Counted from the first letter of the stretch, positions 18,382 to 29,208 are shown. The stretch is DNA of 64,000 nucleotides from Candidatus Omnitrophota bacterium (GCA_049642065.1 JBAROK010000002.1:5892-69891); one strand, 5' to 3'. The notes: a model not told the origin generated them from the letters alone. Program-made: numbers and translations.

Positions 18382-20016
18382 ATGAAGATAACAATAGCTC
18401 AGATAGATCCGGTGATAGGGGATGTAGAGAATAACCTGAAAAGGATGGTTGATATTTTCCGAGACCAAGCCAAGGGAACGGATCTAGTCGTTTTCCCGGA
18501 ACTTTCTCTTACGGGATATCCGCCGAGGGATCTTTTGGAGAGGTCGAGTTTTATAGAAAGAACGCAGGGAGCGATACGTAAACTGGAAGAGATTTCCGCT
18601 AAGTATCCTACAGCGGGCATGATACTGGGCGCACCAGTTCCGACAGGTAAGAGCGCGGGCAAAGGTCTGTATAACTCGGCAATATTGATCGATGGTGGAA
18701 AAATAGTCGGCATGAACAGTAAGACGCTTCTTCCGGCATACGATGTGTTCGATGAGACGCGTTATTTTGATCCGGCACCGGAGGTGCGGGTCATACCTTA
18801 TAAGGGCCAGATGCTCGGCGTCTCCATATGCGAAGATATGTGGCCCGAAGGGCTATATGACCTGGATCCGATCGAAAGGCTCAAAGCCGAAGGCGCGACA
18901 CTATTAATAAACATATCTGCTTCTCCTTTTTATGCAGGTAAGGAAAAGATAAGGTACGAGCTTATAAAAAATCATGCAATGAAACATGGGATGCCGTTTG
19001 TTTTTGTCAACCAGGTCGGGGGTAATGATGAGCTTGTGTTTGACGGCAGGAGCATATGCGTAGACTCAAAAGGCGACCCTGTTGCGGTCCTTCCGCCGTT
19101 TGAGGAAAAGATCCAGACCATCGATACAGAAGCTGTTGGTAGTGTTCAAGTTTATACTCCGCAGGAAGAGATAAAGTCTGTCTACCAGGCGCTGGTATTG
19201 GGATTGCGTGATTACATGAATAAATGCGGGTTCAGTAAAGCGGTAATAGGTCTTTCCGGCGGGATCGATTCGGCAATTGTCTGTTGTATCGCTAAAGAAG
19301 CCATAGGAGGAGGGAACGTTCTCGGCATAGCTATGCCGTCAAAATACTCTTCAGGTGAAAGCGAAAGTTATTCAAAGGAACTAGCTGAAAATCTCGGCGT
19401 TTCTTTCAAGACAGTGCCTATTTCCCAAATATACGATTCTTATCTTGAGACTTTAAGCGGAGATTTTCCTGTCGGAGATGAAGGCGATGTGGGTATAGAC
19501 CTGCAAAACATACAGGCAAGGATCAGAGGTAATATACTGATGGCTTTTTCTAACAAGTTTGGTCATATCCTGCTCAGTACCGGCAACAAAAGCGAACTTG
19601 CGGTTGGATATTGCACGCTTTACGGTGATATGGCAGGTGGCCTTGCGGTGATCTCGGATGTACCGAAAACAATGGTATACAATCTGGCTAAATACATGAA
19701 TAGAGACAGCGAGATCATCCCGAACGAGATAATCGGCAGGGCACCTTCAGCGGAACTTAAACCGGGACAGCTTGATCAGGATACGCTGCCTCCGTACGAG
19801 AAGCTTGACAGCGTGCTTTCTCGTTATCTGGACGAGGGCGTTTCGCCGAAACAGCTTGTAGAGGAAGGGATTGACGAGGGGTTAGTGAACTGGGTGGTAA
19901 GGAGCGTGAACAGAAATGAGTACAAGAGAAGACAGGCTCCTCTGGGGATAAAAGTGACGACCAAAGCTTTCGGATCGGGCAGAAGGATGCCTATAGCGGC
20001 AAGGTTCGAAGAATAA
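18382..20016 (+). CDS. nadE: glutamine-dependent NAD(+) synthetase (nitrilase domain + NAD synthetase domain)
   Basis: N-terminal CN-hydrolase domain (MKITIAQIDPVIGD...CEDMW) and PP-loop GLSGGIDSA in the C-terminal half. Confidence 0.85.
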   Translation: MKITIAQIDPVIGDVENNLKRMVDIFRDQAKGTDLVVFPELSLTGYPPRDLLERSSFIERTQGAIRKLEEISAKYPTAGMILGAPVPTGKSAGKGLYNSAILIDGGKIVGMNSKTLLPAYDVFDETRYFDPAPEVRVIPYKGQMLGVSICEDMWPEGLYDLDPIERLKAEGATLLINISASPFYAGKEKIRYELIKNHAMKHGMPFVFVNQVGGNDELVFDGRSICVDSKGDPVAVLPPFEEKIQTIDTEAVGSVQVYTPQEEIKSVYQALVLGLRDYMNKCGFSKAVIGLSGGIDSAIVCCIAKEAIGGGNVLGIAMPSKYSSGESESYSKELAENLGVSFKTVPISQIYDSYLETLSGDFPVGDEGDVGIDLQNIQARIRGNILMAFSNKFGHILLSTGNKSELAVGYCTLYGDMAGGLAVISDVPKTMVYNLAKYMNRDSEIIPNEIIGRAPSAELKPGQLDQDTLPPYEKLDSVLSRYLDEGVSPKQLVEEGIDEGLVNWVVRSVNRNEYKRRQAPLGIKVTTKAFGSGRRMPIAARFEE

Positions 20017-20089
20017 ATGTGATACGGATATTGCATTTTTTATACTTTCATGATATAAAATGCGCAACACTAAAAATAAGGAGTAGACA

Positions 20090-21040
20090 ATGGCGAACGA
20101 AACCGTTTTTAAAAGATACAAAGGCAACCCTATTGTTACAGCCAGTGCTGTTCCAAGGGCTAACAGTATACATAACAGCGCCGTAGTACCGTTCGAGGAC
20201 GGATACGCCGGGATCTTTCGTGTGGATGAAATAGACTTTAATTTCACCATGCACGTAGGGTTCAGCAAGGACGGTATAAAATGGGATATCAGCCCGGAGG
20301 TTCTTAAGGTAGAAAGCCCTGATCCTTATCTTGAGATAACAGAAAGGACCTACGACCCGAGGCTTACCAAAATCGATGATACATACTATTTTACCTGGTG
20401 TCTGGATTCTCCTCAGGGACCAGTTATCGGTATGGCCACGACCAAGGATTTTAAGAAATTCGAACAGAAAGAGAACCTGACGCTTCCTGCAAACAGGAAC
20501 TGTGTTATATTCCCGCGTAAGATAGACGGGAAATTTGCTATGTTAAGCCGGCCAAGTGACAGGGGACACACACCGTTCGGGGACATGTTCTATTCCACCA
20601 GTCCGGACCTTGTTCACTGGGGTTGCCATCGTTTTGTTTTCGGGACTACCAGGAGCAGCTGGCAATCCACGAAGATAGGCCCTGGCCCGGCACCCATAGA
20701 AACGAAAGAAGGGTGGCTACTTATTTATCACGGTGTTTGGACCAGTTGTAACGGATATCTCTATTACGCCGGCGGAACGCTTCTGGACCTGGATGAACCA
20801 TGGAAAGTATTATATCGTACCAAGGATTACCTCTTGGCGCCTACAGAACAGTATGAACGCGTCGGTGACGTACCGAACGTAGTTTTCCCAAGCGCTGCTA
20901 TCGTAAAAGACGGAAGTATCCGTATTTATTACGGATGCGCGGATACCTGCATATCCATAGCCGAAGGGAAACTGGACGATATTATCGAATTCGTCAAGAC
21001 CCATAGTTACGAGGCAAGAGGCGGGTATCCCGGCTCTTAA
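20090..21040 (+). CDS. glycoside hydrolase family 130-like glycoside phosphorylase (beta-mannoside phosphorylase family / DUF377)
   Basis: 316-aa beta-propeller-like protein. YYGCADT and WLLIYHG motifs are typical of GH130. Confidence 0.55.
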   Translation: MANETVFKRYKGNPIVTASAVPRANSIHNSAVVPFEDGYAGIFRVDEIDFNFTMHVGFSKDGIKWDISPEVLKVESPDPYLEITERTYDPRLTKIDDTYYFTWCLDSPQGPVIGMATTKDFKKFEQKENLTLPANRNCVIFPRKIDGKFAMLSRPSDRGHTPFGDMFYSTSPDLVHWGCHRFVFGTTRSSWQSTKIGPGPAPIETKEGWLLIYHGVWTSCNGYLYYAGGTLLDLDEPWKVLYRTKDYLLAPTEQYERVGDVPNVVFPSAAIVKDGSIRIYYGCADTCISIAEGKLDDIIEFVKTHSYEARGGYPGS

Positions 21041-21085
21041 AAAGGCCAATCCCCTTAATCAAGCTATATAATATTATGTTTATAC

Positions 21086-21115
21086 TTGAATTTATTTTTG
21101 CGCCTATGCTATAAT
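21086..21115 (+). promoter_or_regulatory. sigma70-like promoter for tRNA-Lys/tRNA-Gly
   Basis: TTGAAT-18 nt-TATAAT ending 19 nt before the tRNA-Lys 5' end. Confidence 0.4.
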
Positions 21116-21134
21116 ACGCTTCTAAAATAACGGT

Positions 21135-21210
21135 GCCCGCATAGCTCAGTTGGTAGAGCAACTGACTCTTAATCAGTGGGTCCAAGGTTCGAGCCCTTGT
21201 GCGGGTACCA
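21135..21210 (+). tRNA. tRNA-Lys (anticodon CTT)
   Basis: Acceptor GCCCGCA/TGCGGGT, anticodon loop CTCTTAA, CCA. Confidence 0.8.
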
Positions 21211-21241
21211 GTTTATTTCAAGATAGATTTGCTTAATGCGA

Positions 21242-21317
21242 GCGGGTGTAGCTCAGTTGGTAGAGCATCACGTTGCCAACGTGATTGTCGTCGGTTCGAA
21301 CCCGATCACCCGCTCCA
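21242..21317 (+). tRNA. tRNA-Gly (anticodon GCC)
   Basis: Acceptor GCGGGTG/CACCCGC, anticodon loop TTGCCAA, TTCGAAC T-loop, CCA. Confidence 0.8.
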
Positions 21318-21410
21318 TCTTTACAAGTCTTCAGTAAAGCACTTTCCTCTAAAAATCGTTATATTGAGATAAGTATTATTTTACGCGATAAGTAATAAAT
21401 AAGGAGAAGT

Positions 21411-21884
21411 ATGAACATAATAGATTTATTGGGTAAAAACGCTATTTCTGTGGATCTCAAATCAACGGGAAAAGATGAGATAATCTCAGAGCTTGTGGAT
21501 CTTCTTGTTGATGCCGGTGAGGTTAAAAAACCGGAAAAGGAAACGGTTCTTAATAAGCTTCAGGAGAGGGAGCTTTTAGGATCCACAGGTATAGGCAAAG
21601 GAGTAGCTATACCGCATGCTAAATGCCCCAAGGTAAAGAAAATGGTCGCTGCTTTCGGTGTCTCAAAAAATGGCATAGATTTCAAGTCTCTGGATGGAGA
21701 GCAGACACATATTTTCTTTCTCTTGATAGCACCTGGAGAAACTCCTGGTCCTCATCTGAAGGCGCTAGCTAAGATATCACGCCTTCTGGACGACAAGTTC
21801 GTAAGGGACAGGTTGCGTGCGGCTCCGACATCACAGGATATCTTGAAGATAGTCAAAGATGAAGAACAAAAGAAAGTGGCTTAG
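21411..21884 (+). CDS. ptsN: PTS EIIA (fructose/nitrogen-regulatory PtsN type)
   Basis: GIGKGVAIPHAK active-site histidine region of EIIA-Fru/Ntr. 157 aa. Confidence 0.75.
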   Translation: MNIIDLLGKNAISVDLKSTGKDEIISELVDLLVDAGEVKKPEKETVLNKLQERELLGSTGIGKGVAIPHAKCPKVKKMVAAFGVSKNGIDFKSLDGEQTHIFFLLIAPGETPGPHLKALAKISRLLDDKFVRDRLRAAPTSQDILKIVKDEEQKKVA

Positions 21885-21904
21885 TCGGATTAGCAGGGAG
21901 AAAA

Positions 21905-23155
21905 ATGAAACGACTTAAGTGGTTATACCCGGGAATGTTGATTAAGCGATGGATATCGCTTACGGTTTTTGGGATCCTCATGGTCTCTATGGGGTTCGTG
22001 ATCGTTATATCGGAACGGAACCCTGAGAATAAGGCCATAGCCGGGCTCATTATCATGGTCGGTATCCTTTGCGTGATAATCGCGGTTAAGAGGATACTCA
22101 AGTCCATCATGACGGCTTTAGTGCCGGAGCCGGGCAGGGGTGAAAGTCTTCTTGTAGAGAAGATATACGAGAGACGGATATTAGAAAAAGGTCCGAAGAT
22201 AGTGGTAGTAGGCGGAGGGACGGGTCTTTCTATGCTACTTATGGGCCTCAAGCAGAAGACAAGCAATATTACTGCGATAGTAACGGTAGCTGATGACGGC
22301 GGATCTTCGGGACGGTTAAGAGAGGAATTCGATGTACTTCCTCCCGGCGACATAAGGAACTGTCTGGTAGCGCTTTCCGATTCGGAAGATCTTCTTGGCG
22401 CGCTTTTCCAGTTTCGTTTCAGCGAAGGCAACGAATTAAGAGGACATAATTTCGGTAATCTTTTTATCACGGCTCTTTCTCAGGTAACAGGCGATTTCGC
22501 AAGGGCTATCAGAGAATCAAGCAAGGTTCTGGCTATAAGGGGTAACGTACTTCCCGCGACCCTGCAGAAAGTAAAGCTGGTCGCCAAAAGAGAAGACGGC
22601 AATGAAACCGTAGGTGAATGCCGTATACGCGAAGGGAGTAAAAGCCCGATAGACGAGCTTACACTTACGCCTGATGGATGTGAAGCGACCCGTGAATCTG
22701 TTGAAGCCATACGTGATGCGGATGCTATCATTCTAGGGCCAGGCAGCCTTTATACGAGCGTAATGCCTAACCTGCTTATTGAAGGGATAAAACGGGAGAT
22801 AATAAGGTCTAAAGTTCCGAAAATATATATATGCAATGTCATGACCGAGACCGGAGAGACAGACTATTATTCTGTCAGTGATCATGTCAGAGCGATCATT
22901 AAACACACGCATCCGGCAATAATAAATTATTGTATAGGCAACGTCTCACGTATTCCAAAACCACTTTACGAGAAATACAGAACAGAGAACAAGTTCCCGG
23001 TAAAGTTGGATGAGAATGACGAGAGATGGCTTAAACAGGAGAATATCACCCTTGTGAAAGCGCATATCGCTAGCATGAAAGAATTTGTCAGGCACGATAC
23101 TCATAAGCTTAGCGATGTGATAGTAGGGATACTGAACGAACACAAGAAAAAGTGA
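21905..23155 (+). CDS. YvcK/CofD-family (UPF0052, gluconeogenesis factor-like) protein with ~80-aa two-TM N-terminal extension
   Basis: KIVVVGGGTGLS...ADDGGSSGRLR signature of YvcK/CofD, preceded by two hydrophobic helices. Confidence 0.7.
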   Translation: MKRLKWLYPGMLIKRWISLTVFGILMVSMGFVIVISERNPENKAIAGLIIMVGILCVIIAVKRILKSIMTALVPEPGRGESLLVEKIYERRILEKGPKIVVVGGGTGLSMLLMGLKQKTSNITAIVTVADDGGSSGRLREEFDVLPPGDIRNCLVALSDSEDLLGALFQFRFSEGNELRGHNFGNLFITALSQVTGDFARAIRESSKVLAIRGNVLPATLQKVKLVAKREDGNETVGECRIREGSKSPIDELTLTPDGCEATRESVEAIRDADAIILGPGSLYTSVMPNLLIEGIKREIIRSKVPKIYICNVMTETGETDYYSVSDHVRAIIKHTHPAIINYCIGNVSRIPKPLYEKYRTENKFPVKLDENDERWLKQENITLVKAHIASMKEFVRHDTHKLSDVIVGILNEHKKK

Positions 23156-23162
23156 GCAGCAT

Positions 23163-25172
23163 GTGAAAGCGGCAAAGTTCGCGATGGCGTTTCATTGCTA
23201 TCAACCGGTCTTTAACTTTGACGGCGAGATAGAATACGCGTATAAAAACGCGTATTCGCCTCTCATTGAAGTTTTGGGAAGTTTTCCGGGGGTTAAGGCA
23301 TCGTTCCATTTTTCCGGGAACTTGCTTGAATGGTTCGAAAGCAGGCATCCGGAATATATAGATAAGATTAAAGAACTGATCCGAAGGGATCAGATAGAAA
23401 TACTGGGTGGCGGTTGTTTTGAACCTGTTATGGCGATAATACCGGAACGTGACAGGGTAGAGCAACTTAAGATGAACGAGGAGCTTATATCGAGAATATT
23501 CGGTATAAGGTCAAATGGTGTATGGCTGGCAGAAAGGGTATGGGAGCCGGAACTAGTCGATACCCTGGCAAGAGCGGGAGTCAAGTACACCATAGTAGAT
23601 GATTATCATATGTGTAAGGCCGGGCTTGGAAAAGAGATCTTCAAACCGTGCCGTACGCGAGGGAAAACCGGTCAAGTAACACTGTTCCCGTCGCTGACAC
23701 ATCTGAGGTATTCGATGCCGTTCCGTCCACCGGAGGTCACGATAGAGTATATGAAAAAGGCCTCCTGTGATAGCGAACAAGAGACCACGTGTTTCTTTTT
23801 CGCGGACGATGGCGAGAAATTCGGTTCGTGGCCGCACACGTACAAATGGGTGCACGAAAAAGGTTGGCTAAAAGATTTTTTTGCTCTTTTACAAGATAAC
23901 GCGTCATGGCTTGAAACTGTCAGGTATTCTGATGTGCTGGATGGTGTTCCGTGCGAAGAAGTGGGGCAAGTGCCGTCTGCCAGTTATGCCGAGATGATGG
24001 AATGGAGCGGCGGGGATTTTAAGAATTTTCTTAAAAAATATCCCGAAGCGGACAGAATGCACAAAAGAATGCTGGCGGTCAGTGACAGTATAGATCGCAT
24101 TGGTACCGGTAGTAGCGGTATTAAAGATGCGAAGATAGAGCTATTCAAAGCGCAATCCAATTGTGCGTACTGGCACGGGACGTTTGGTGGACTGTATCTG
24201 CCGCATTTGCGTACGGGTGTCTATAAGCATCTTATAAAAGCGCAGAATATCATAGATGGATTGAAGGAAGGCCATGCGAGAAGGATAAGGGCCGTAGAAC
24301 GGGATCTTGGGGATGGTAATCGGGAGACAGTTATCCAGAGCAGGCTTCTTGAGGTATTTGTCAGGCCAAAAGAAGGCGGGGTTGTGAATGAACTTGACCA
24401 TAAACCGTCTAACATAAATCTGACAAATTCTATGACCCGTAGCAAGGAAAAGTATCACGAAAAATTAAAAAGGGGCTTTTCCTCGCGTATCCGGCGTGCC
24501 AGGCAGGCTGTAGCCCGAGGGGATCTTGCTGACATACATGACGTTCTAGGTATTGGTGAAAAAGGCCTTAAAAGGCATCTGGTCTATGACGATTATCAGC
24601 GTGCGTCTTTTCGTACACATGTTTTGCGGGACAGGGGATTATGGCAACAGATGCGTACTGGGTATGGAAGCTGCGATTCCTTTTTAAAAGGGGATTATGC
24701 TTCCCGCACGATAAGCAACGGTGAGTTCATAACGCAGGAACTTACCAGAAGAGATAAGGTCTTTTTGGATAACGGCAGGCCGTTCGATCTTGAAGTTATT
24801 AAGCGAATAACTCTTGGTGACGGACCGGCGGTCATGTTCTCTAACAAGGTAATGAAGCATTCCGGCGGACACATTTTACTGAAGTGTGCCGTGGAATTCA
24901 ATTTTTTAATATGGGATAAGGCCGTTATAAAGCGGCCGAGGGTATTAAGAACGGACTCTTTCTCAATAAAAGATATGTATTCAGGAGCTGTCTTGGATTT
25001 CTTCCTGGATAGAAGGTACAAGGTTTTCATGTATCCGGTATATACCGTTAACGAGACCGAATTGGGTCTTAAGAAGACTTTTCAGGGGGTGTCTGCGTTT
25101 ATAGGCAGCGAGTCTTCATTTGCAGATTTGAGCGGATCGGATGAGATGAAGATCACAATAGCGATAGGATAA
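23163..25172 (+). CDS. glycoside hydrolase family 57 protein (alpha-glucan-active: amylase / 4-alpha-glucanotransferase / branching-enzyme type)
   Basis: N-terminal FHCYQP(V)FNF region resembles the GH57 HxHQP block. 669 aa with a C-terminal extension. GTG start at 23163 (alternative ATG at 23184). Confidence 0.55.
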   Translation: MKAAKFAMAFHCYQPVFNFDGEIEYAYKNAYSPLIEVLGSFPGVKASFHFSGNLLEWFESRHPEYIDKIKELIRRDQIEILGGGCFEPVMAIIPERDRVEQLKMNEELISRIFGIRSNGVWLAERVWEPELVDTLARAGVKYTIVDDYHMCKAGLGKEIFKPCRTRGKTGQVTLFPSLTHLRYSMPFRPPEVTIEYMKKASCDSEQETTCFFFADDGEKFGSWPHTYKWVHEKGWLKDFFALLQDNASWLETVRYSDVLDGVPCEEVGQVPSASYAEMMEWSGGDFKNFLKKYPEADRMHKRMLAVSDSIDRIGTGSSGIKDAKIELFKAQSNCAYWHGTFGGLYLPHLRTGVYKHLIKAQNIIDGLKEGHARRIRAVERDLGDGNRETVIQSRLLEVFVRPKEGGVVNELDHKPSNINLTNSMTRSKEKYHEKLKRGFSSRIRRARQAVARGDLADIHDVLGIGEKGLKRHLVYDDYQRASFRTHVLRDRGLWQQMRTGYGSCDSFLKGDYASRTISNGEFITQELTRRDKVFLDNGRPFDLEVIKRITLGDGPAVMFSNKVMKHSGGHILLKCAVEFNFLIWDKAVIKRPRVLRTDSFSIKDMYSGAVLDFFLDRRYKVFMYPVYTVNETELGLKKTFQGVSAFIGSESSFADLSGSDEMKITIAIG

Positions 25173-25175
25173 TAG

Positions 25176-25451
25176 ATGGAAATAAGAAAAGACATTGTTG
25201 TAAAGAATAAAACAGGACTGCATGCCAGGCCCGCGGCTCTGTTTGTCCAGATAGCCAATAAATACGAAAGCGACATAACGATAATAAAGGATGACCAGGA
25301 GGTCAACGGTAAATCCATAATGGGAATATTAATGCTCGCGGCGGAAAAAGGTTCCAGGGTGACCATCGTAGCTGAAGGTGACGACGCGGAATCCGCGGTT
25401 GCGGAGCTAGAGGGCGTATTGATTAACGATATGGACACGGAGACGCTTTAA
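25176..25451 (+). CDS. ptsH: phosphocarrier protein HPr
   Basis: GLHARPA active-site His15 region. 91 aa. Confidence 0.85.
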   Translation: MEIRKDIVVKNKTGLHARPAALFVQIANKYESDITIIKDDQEVNGKSIMGILMLAAEKGSRVTIVAEGDDAESAVAELEGVLINDMDTETL

Positions 25452-25485
25452 ATGATGAGCGCAAAAAACAGATAGGACCGAACTC

Positions 25486-27270
25486 ATGACAGAGAAAAAG
25501 TCTTCCAGCAAGAAACAGATACAACTTAAAGGGATACCTGCTGCGCCCGGCATAGCCATAGGGAAAGCACATGTCTTTGGCACAGAAGACATGATGCCGC
25601 AGGAACGCAAGATCACCGAATCCGAGATAACTCTTGAAATAGCGCGGTTCAGGGAAGCTCTTAAGGAGACAAGGAAAGAGGTTCTGGCCATTGAGAAGAA
25701 GATCTCCCGGGAGATGGGTGTTGACCATGGCGGGATCTTTAGGGCGCATCTATTGGTGCTTGAAGATAGCGTGCTTGTCCAAGAAGTTATCTCAAGGTTA
25801 AAGAAGAAAAAGAAAAACATAGAAACTGTTTTCGCGGAAGTTTTGAATAAGTATGTAAGTGTGCTCTCAGAGGCCAAGGATGAGTACCTGAGGGACAGGG
25901 TTAGCGATATAACCGATGTCGGTAAAAGGATCTTGCGCAATCTGATAGGTGTCGAAGAAAAAAGTATGGAAGGGTTGACTGAGAAGGCTATTATCATCTC
26001 TTATGACCTTTCTCCTTCCGATACGGCTATGATGCACAAGGGCAGGGTCATTGGGTTTGCTACGGATATAGGTGGAAGGACTTCCCATACCGCTATTATG
26101 GCTAAATCTCTTGAGATTCCTGCGGTAGTTGGTCTGGAGTCCGTTACCGATGTCATCAAGAACGGCGATCAGATAATACTGGACGGTACTCACGGTGTCG
26201 TTATAGTCAATCCCACTAAGCGGTTCCTTGAAAAGTACCAAAGGGAGAAGAAGAAACTAGAGCATCTCGAAAAGGAACTGGTAGAACTTAAACTGCTTCC
26301 CAGTGAAACCACTGATAATAAAAAAGTAATAGTTGCCGGCAACATAGAGCTGCCTGAGGACGTGGCCGGTGTTATTTCGCACGGGGCAGAAGGAATAGGT
26401 CTCTATAGGACAGAATACTTTTACATGAACAGGCGCGGCTTGCCGAGTGAAGAAGAACAGTTCAATGCCTATAAGTCAGTAGTTTTGCGTATAAAACCTC
26501 ATTGCGTGGTTGTTAGAACGCTTGATCTTGGCGGAGATAAGTTTCTTTCGCAACTTGATGTGCCCAGGGAGATGAACCCGTTCTTGGGATGGCGTGCGAT
26601 ACGTTTTTGTCTGGCCCGGCCGGATATCTTTAAGACGCAGCTAAGAGCGATATTAAGAGCGTCGGCTTTTGGAAATTTGAAACTGATGTATCCTATGATT
26701 TCCGGTGTAGATGAGTTGCGCCAGGCTAACATCTTGCTGGGGGAGGTCAAGAAGGAGCTTCAGAAGGAATCCGTTAAATTCAATCAAGATATACCCGTTG
26801 GAGCTATGATCGAGGTGCCGTCTGCGGCCATTACCAGTGATATCCTTGCGAAAGAAGTTGATTTTTTCAGTATAGGTACTAATGACCTTATCCAGTATTC
26901 TCTTGCGGTTGACAGGGTAAATGAAAAGATAGCGTATCTTTACGAGCCTACGCATCCGGCGGTACTCAAGCTTATTAAACAGGTAATCGATAACGGTCAT
27001 AAGGAAAACATACCGGTAGCTTTATGCGGCGAGATGGCCGGTGAAATCTCTCTGACGATGATACTTCTCGGGCTTGGGCTTGACGAATTCAGTACTTCGC
27101 CCATAGCCGTTCCCGAGATAAAAAAGATAGTTCGTTCTGTAAGCTATGAAGAGGCCAAGCATATAGCAGAGAAAGCTCTTACTTTCAGTACAGGTAAAGA
27201 AGTGAAAGCATACGCCGATAAGAGGCTGCTTGAACTTGTCCCGGATATAGCTATAGAGTTGTCGGAATAA
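25486..27270 (+). CDS. ptsI: phosphoenolpyruvate-protein phosphotransferase (PTS Enzyme I)
   Basis: GGRTSHTAIMAKSLEIPAVVG phospho-His region and PEP-utilizing C-terminal TIM barrel motifs. Confidence 0.9.
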   Translation: MTEKKSSSKKQIQLKGIPAAPGIAIGKAHVFGTEDMMPQERKITESEITLEIARFREALKETRKEVLAIEKKISREMGVDHGGIFRAHLLVLEDSVLVQEVISRLKKKKKNIETVFAEVLNKYVSVLSEAKDEYLRDRVSDITDVGKRILRNLIGVEEKSMEGLTEKAIIISYDLSPSDTAMMHKGRVIGFATDIGGRTSHTAIMAKSLEIPAVVGLESVTDVIKNGDQIILDGTHGVVIVNPTKRFLEKYQREKKKLEHLEKELVELKLLPSETTDNKKVIVAGNIELPEDVAGVISHGAEGIGLYRTEYFYMNRRGLPSEEEQFNAYKSVVLRIKPHCVVVRTLDLGGDKFLSQLDVPREMNPFLGWRAIRFCLARPDIFKTQLRAILRASAFGNLKLMYPMISGVDELRQANILLGEVKKELQKESVKFNQDIPVGAMIEVPSAAITSDILAKEVDFFSIGTNDLIQYSLAVDRVNEKIAYLYEPTHPAVLKLIKQVIDNGHKENIPVALCGEMAGEISLTMILLGLGLDEFSTSPIAVPEIKKIVRSVSYEEAKHIAEKALTFSTGKEVKAYADKRLLELVPDIAIELSE

Positions 27271-27286
27271 TCAAGAAAGGAAAAAT

Positions 27287-28030
27287 ATGAAAGGTTTGAT
27301 ATTAGCTGCCGGTTACGGCACAAGATTATACCCATTAACGCTCGATAGGCCTAAACCGCTTGTGAAAGTCGGAGGTAAGACCATATTGGAGCGTTTGCTA
27401 AGGAAATTCGAAAAAATAGATACATGTGACGAAGTGTATATCGTTACGAACGATAGGTTCCACGATATGGTAGTTAAGTGGGTGCGTGGCCGCACCTTTT
27501 CTATAAAGCTCAAGGTCATAAATGATCTTACCCGGTCGAACGAGGACCGGCTGGGTGCCATTGGCGACATAAATCTGGTGCTTAGCAAGGAGAAGCCGAC
27601 AGATGATGTTTTAATAGTCGCGGGCGATAATCTTTTTGAATTCGATATAGCTGATTTCATTTCTTTTTCAAAAGAAAAGAATAAGTTCAGCGTAGCGCTT
27701 TTTGACGTAAAGAACCGTAAGCTCGCCCAGAGATACGGTATAGTTTCCCTGGACCCTGACCAGAAGCTCGCAGAGTTTCAGGAAAAGCCTGAAAGTCCAA
27801 AGAGCACACTTGCTTCTACCGGCATTTATTTTATGCCTGAAGTAACGTTGCCGATGATGGATAAATATATGAAGACCGATCTGGTCAAGGACGCGCCCGG
27901 GAATTTCGTTAAATGGATATCCGAGAACGACGATGTCTATGGTTATGTGTTCACTGAGGGATGGTACGATATAGGGGATAAGGTTTCACTTGAAAAAGCT
28001 GATATAGAGTACAGAAAAAAAGAACTGTAA
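27287..28030 (+). CDS. sugar-phosphate nucleotidyltransferase (NTP-transferase domain)
   Basis: MKGLILAAGYGTRLYPLT..PKPLV glycine-rich nucleotidyltransferase signature. Confidence 0.7.
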   Translation: MKGLILAAGYGTRLYPLTLDRPKPLVKVGGKTILERLLRKFEKIDTCDEVYIVTNDRFHDMVVKWVRGRTFSIKLKVINDLTRSNEDRLGAIGDINLVLSKEKPTDDVLIVAGDNLFEFDIADFISFSKEKNKFSVALFDVKNRKLAQRYGIVSLDPDQKLAEFQEKPESPKSTLASTGIYFMPEVTLPMMDKYMKTDLVKDAPGNFVKWISENDDVYGYVFTEGWYDIGDKVSLEKADIEYRKKEL

Positions 28031-28046
28031 AAGAAGGAGAAGATGA

Positions 28047-29192
28047 ATGAAAAGTAAACATTTATTCACGTCTGAGAGCGTTACTGAAGGTCATCCGGAC
28101 AAGGTTTGTGACCAGATATCTGACGCGATATTGGATGCAATATTAAAGGAAGATCCCTCCGGTAGGGTTGCCTGTGAAGCGCTGGTAACTACTGGTTTAG
28201 CCATAGTGGCAGGGGAAATATCGACTTCATGTTATGTGGATATTCCAAAAGTGGTAAGAAGGACTATAAAGGATATAGGTTATACGCACGCGGATTACGG
28301 GTTTGATTACCTGACTTGCGGTGTTATAACGTCCATTCAGGAACAATCTCCCGACATCGCCATGGGTGTTGACGTGGGCGGTGCTGGTGACCAGGGTATG
28401 ATGTTTGGTTACGCTTCGGACGAGACGCGCGAGTACATGCCCATGCCTGTAACTTTAGCGCATGCGCTTACAAGACGTCTAGCCAAGATAAGGAAAGAGA
28501 GGATTGTCAAGTATCTGCGTCCTGACGGTAAGAGCCAGGTAACCATTGAGTATGAAGACGGCAAACCTAAAAGAGTAGCGGCTATCGTTGTGAGCGCTCA
28601 TCATGACCACAAGGCGGACATGAAAGAGATACACAAGGATATGAAAGAGCTTGTTATCAAGGAGGTCGTGCCGAAAAATCTGATGGATAAAGATACCTTG
28701 ATATTTATCAATCCTACCGGCAGGTTCGAAGTTGGAGGGCCGCAGGGGGATACAGGTGTTACGGGCCGTAAGATCATAGTGGATACTTACGGTGGTGTCG
28801 GCAGTCACGGCGGCGGATGTTTCAGCGGTAAGGACCCGACGAAAGTAGACCGCTCAGCTTCTTACATGGCACGTTACGTGGCTAAGAATATCGTAGCGTC
28901 CGGTATTTCAAAGAAATGTGAAATACAGTTCGCGTATGCCATAGGTATTCCTGAGCCTGTAAGTGTAATGGTTAACACCTTTGGTACGGGAAAAATATCT
29001 GAGGAAAAAATAGTGAAACTTGTAAGAGAAAATTTTGATCTTACTCCCGGCGGTATAATCGAGAAACTGATTCTCAGGCGTCCCATATACAAAAAGACCG
29101 CAGCTTACGGTCATTTTGGCAGGGACGAAGAAGGTTTCATGTGGGAAGAGATCGATATGGCGGAGACGCTGAAAAAGAAAGCTAAAAAATAA
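28047..29192 (+). CDS. metK: S-adenosylmethionine synthetase
   Basis: [26 protein letters not shown]-terminus, GGGAFSGKD-like block. AAGGAGA RBS. Confidence 0.9.
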   Translation: MKSKHLFTSESVTEGHPDKVCDQISDAILDAILKEDPSGRVACEALVTTGLAIVAGEISTSCYVDIPKVVRRTIKDIGYTHADYGFDYLTCGVITSIQEQSPDIAMGVDVGGAGDQGMMFGYASDETREYMPMPVTLAHALTRRLAKIRKERIVKYLRPDGKSQVTIEYEDGKPKRVAAIVVSAHHDHKADMKEIHKDMKELVIKEVVPKNLMDKDTLIFINPTGRFEVGGPQGDTGVTGRKIIVDTYGGVGSHGGGCFSGKDPTKVDRSASYMARYVAKNIVASGISKKCEIQFAYAIGIPEPVSVMVNTFGTGKISEEKIVKLVRENFDLTPGGIIEKLILRRPIYKKTAAYGHFGRDEEGFMWEEIDMAETLKKKAKK

Positions 29193-29208
29193 ACAGTATT
29201 GGAGGAAT

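Noticed and set aside
20090-21040. GH130 gene flanked by tRNAs as a horizontally acquired islet
   Set aside because: There is no integrase, direct repeat of the tRNA 3' end or obvious compositional shift visible by eye. The evidence is insufficient.
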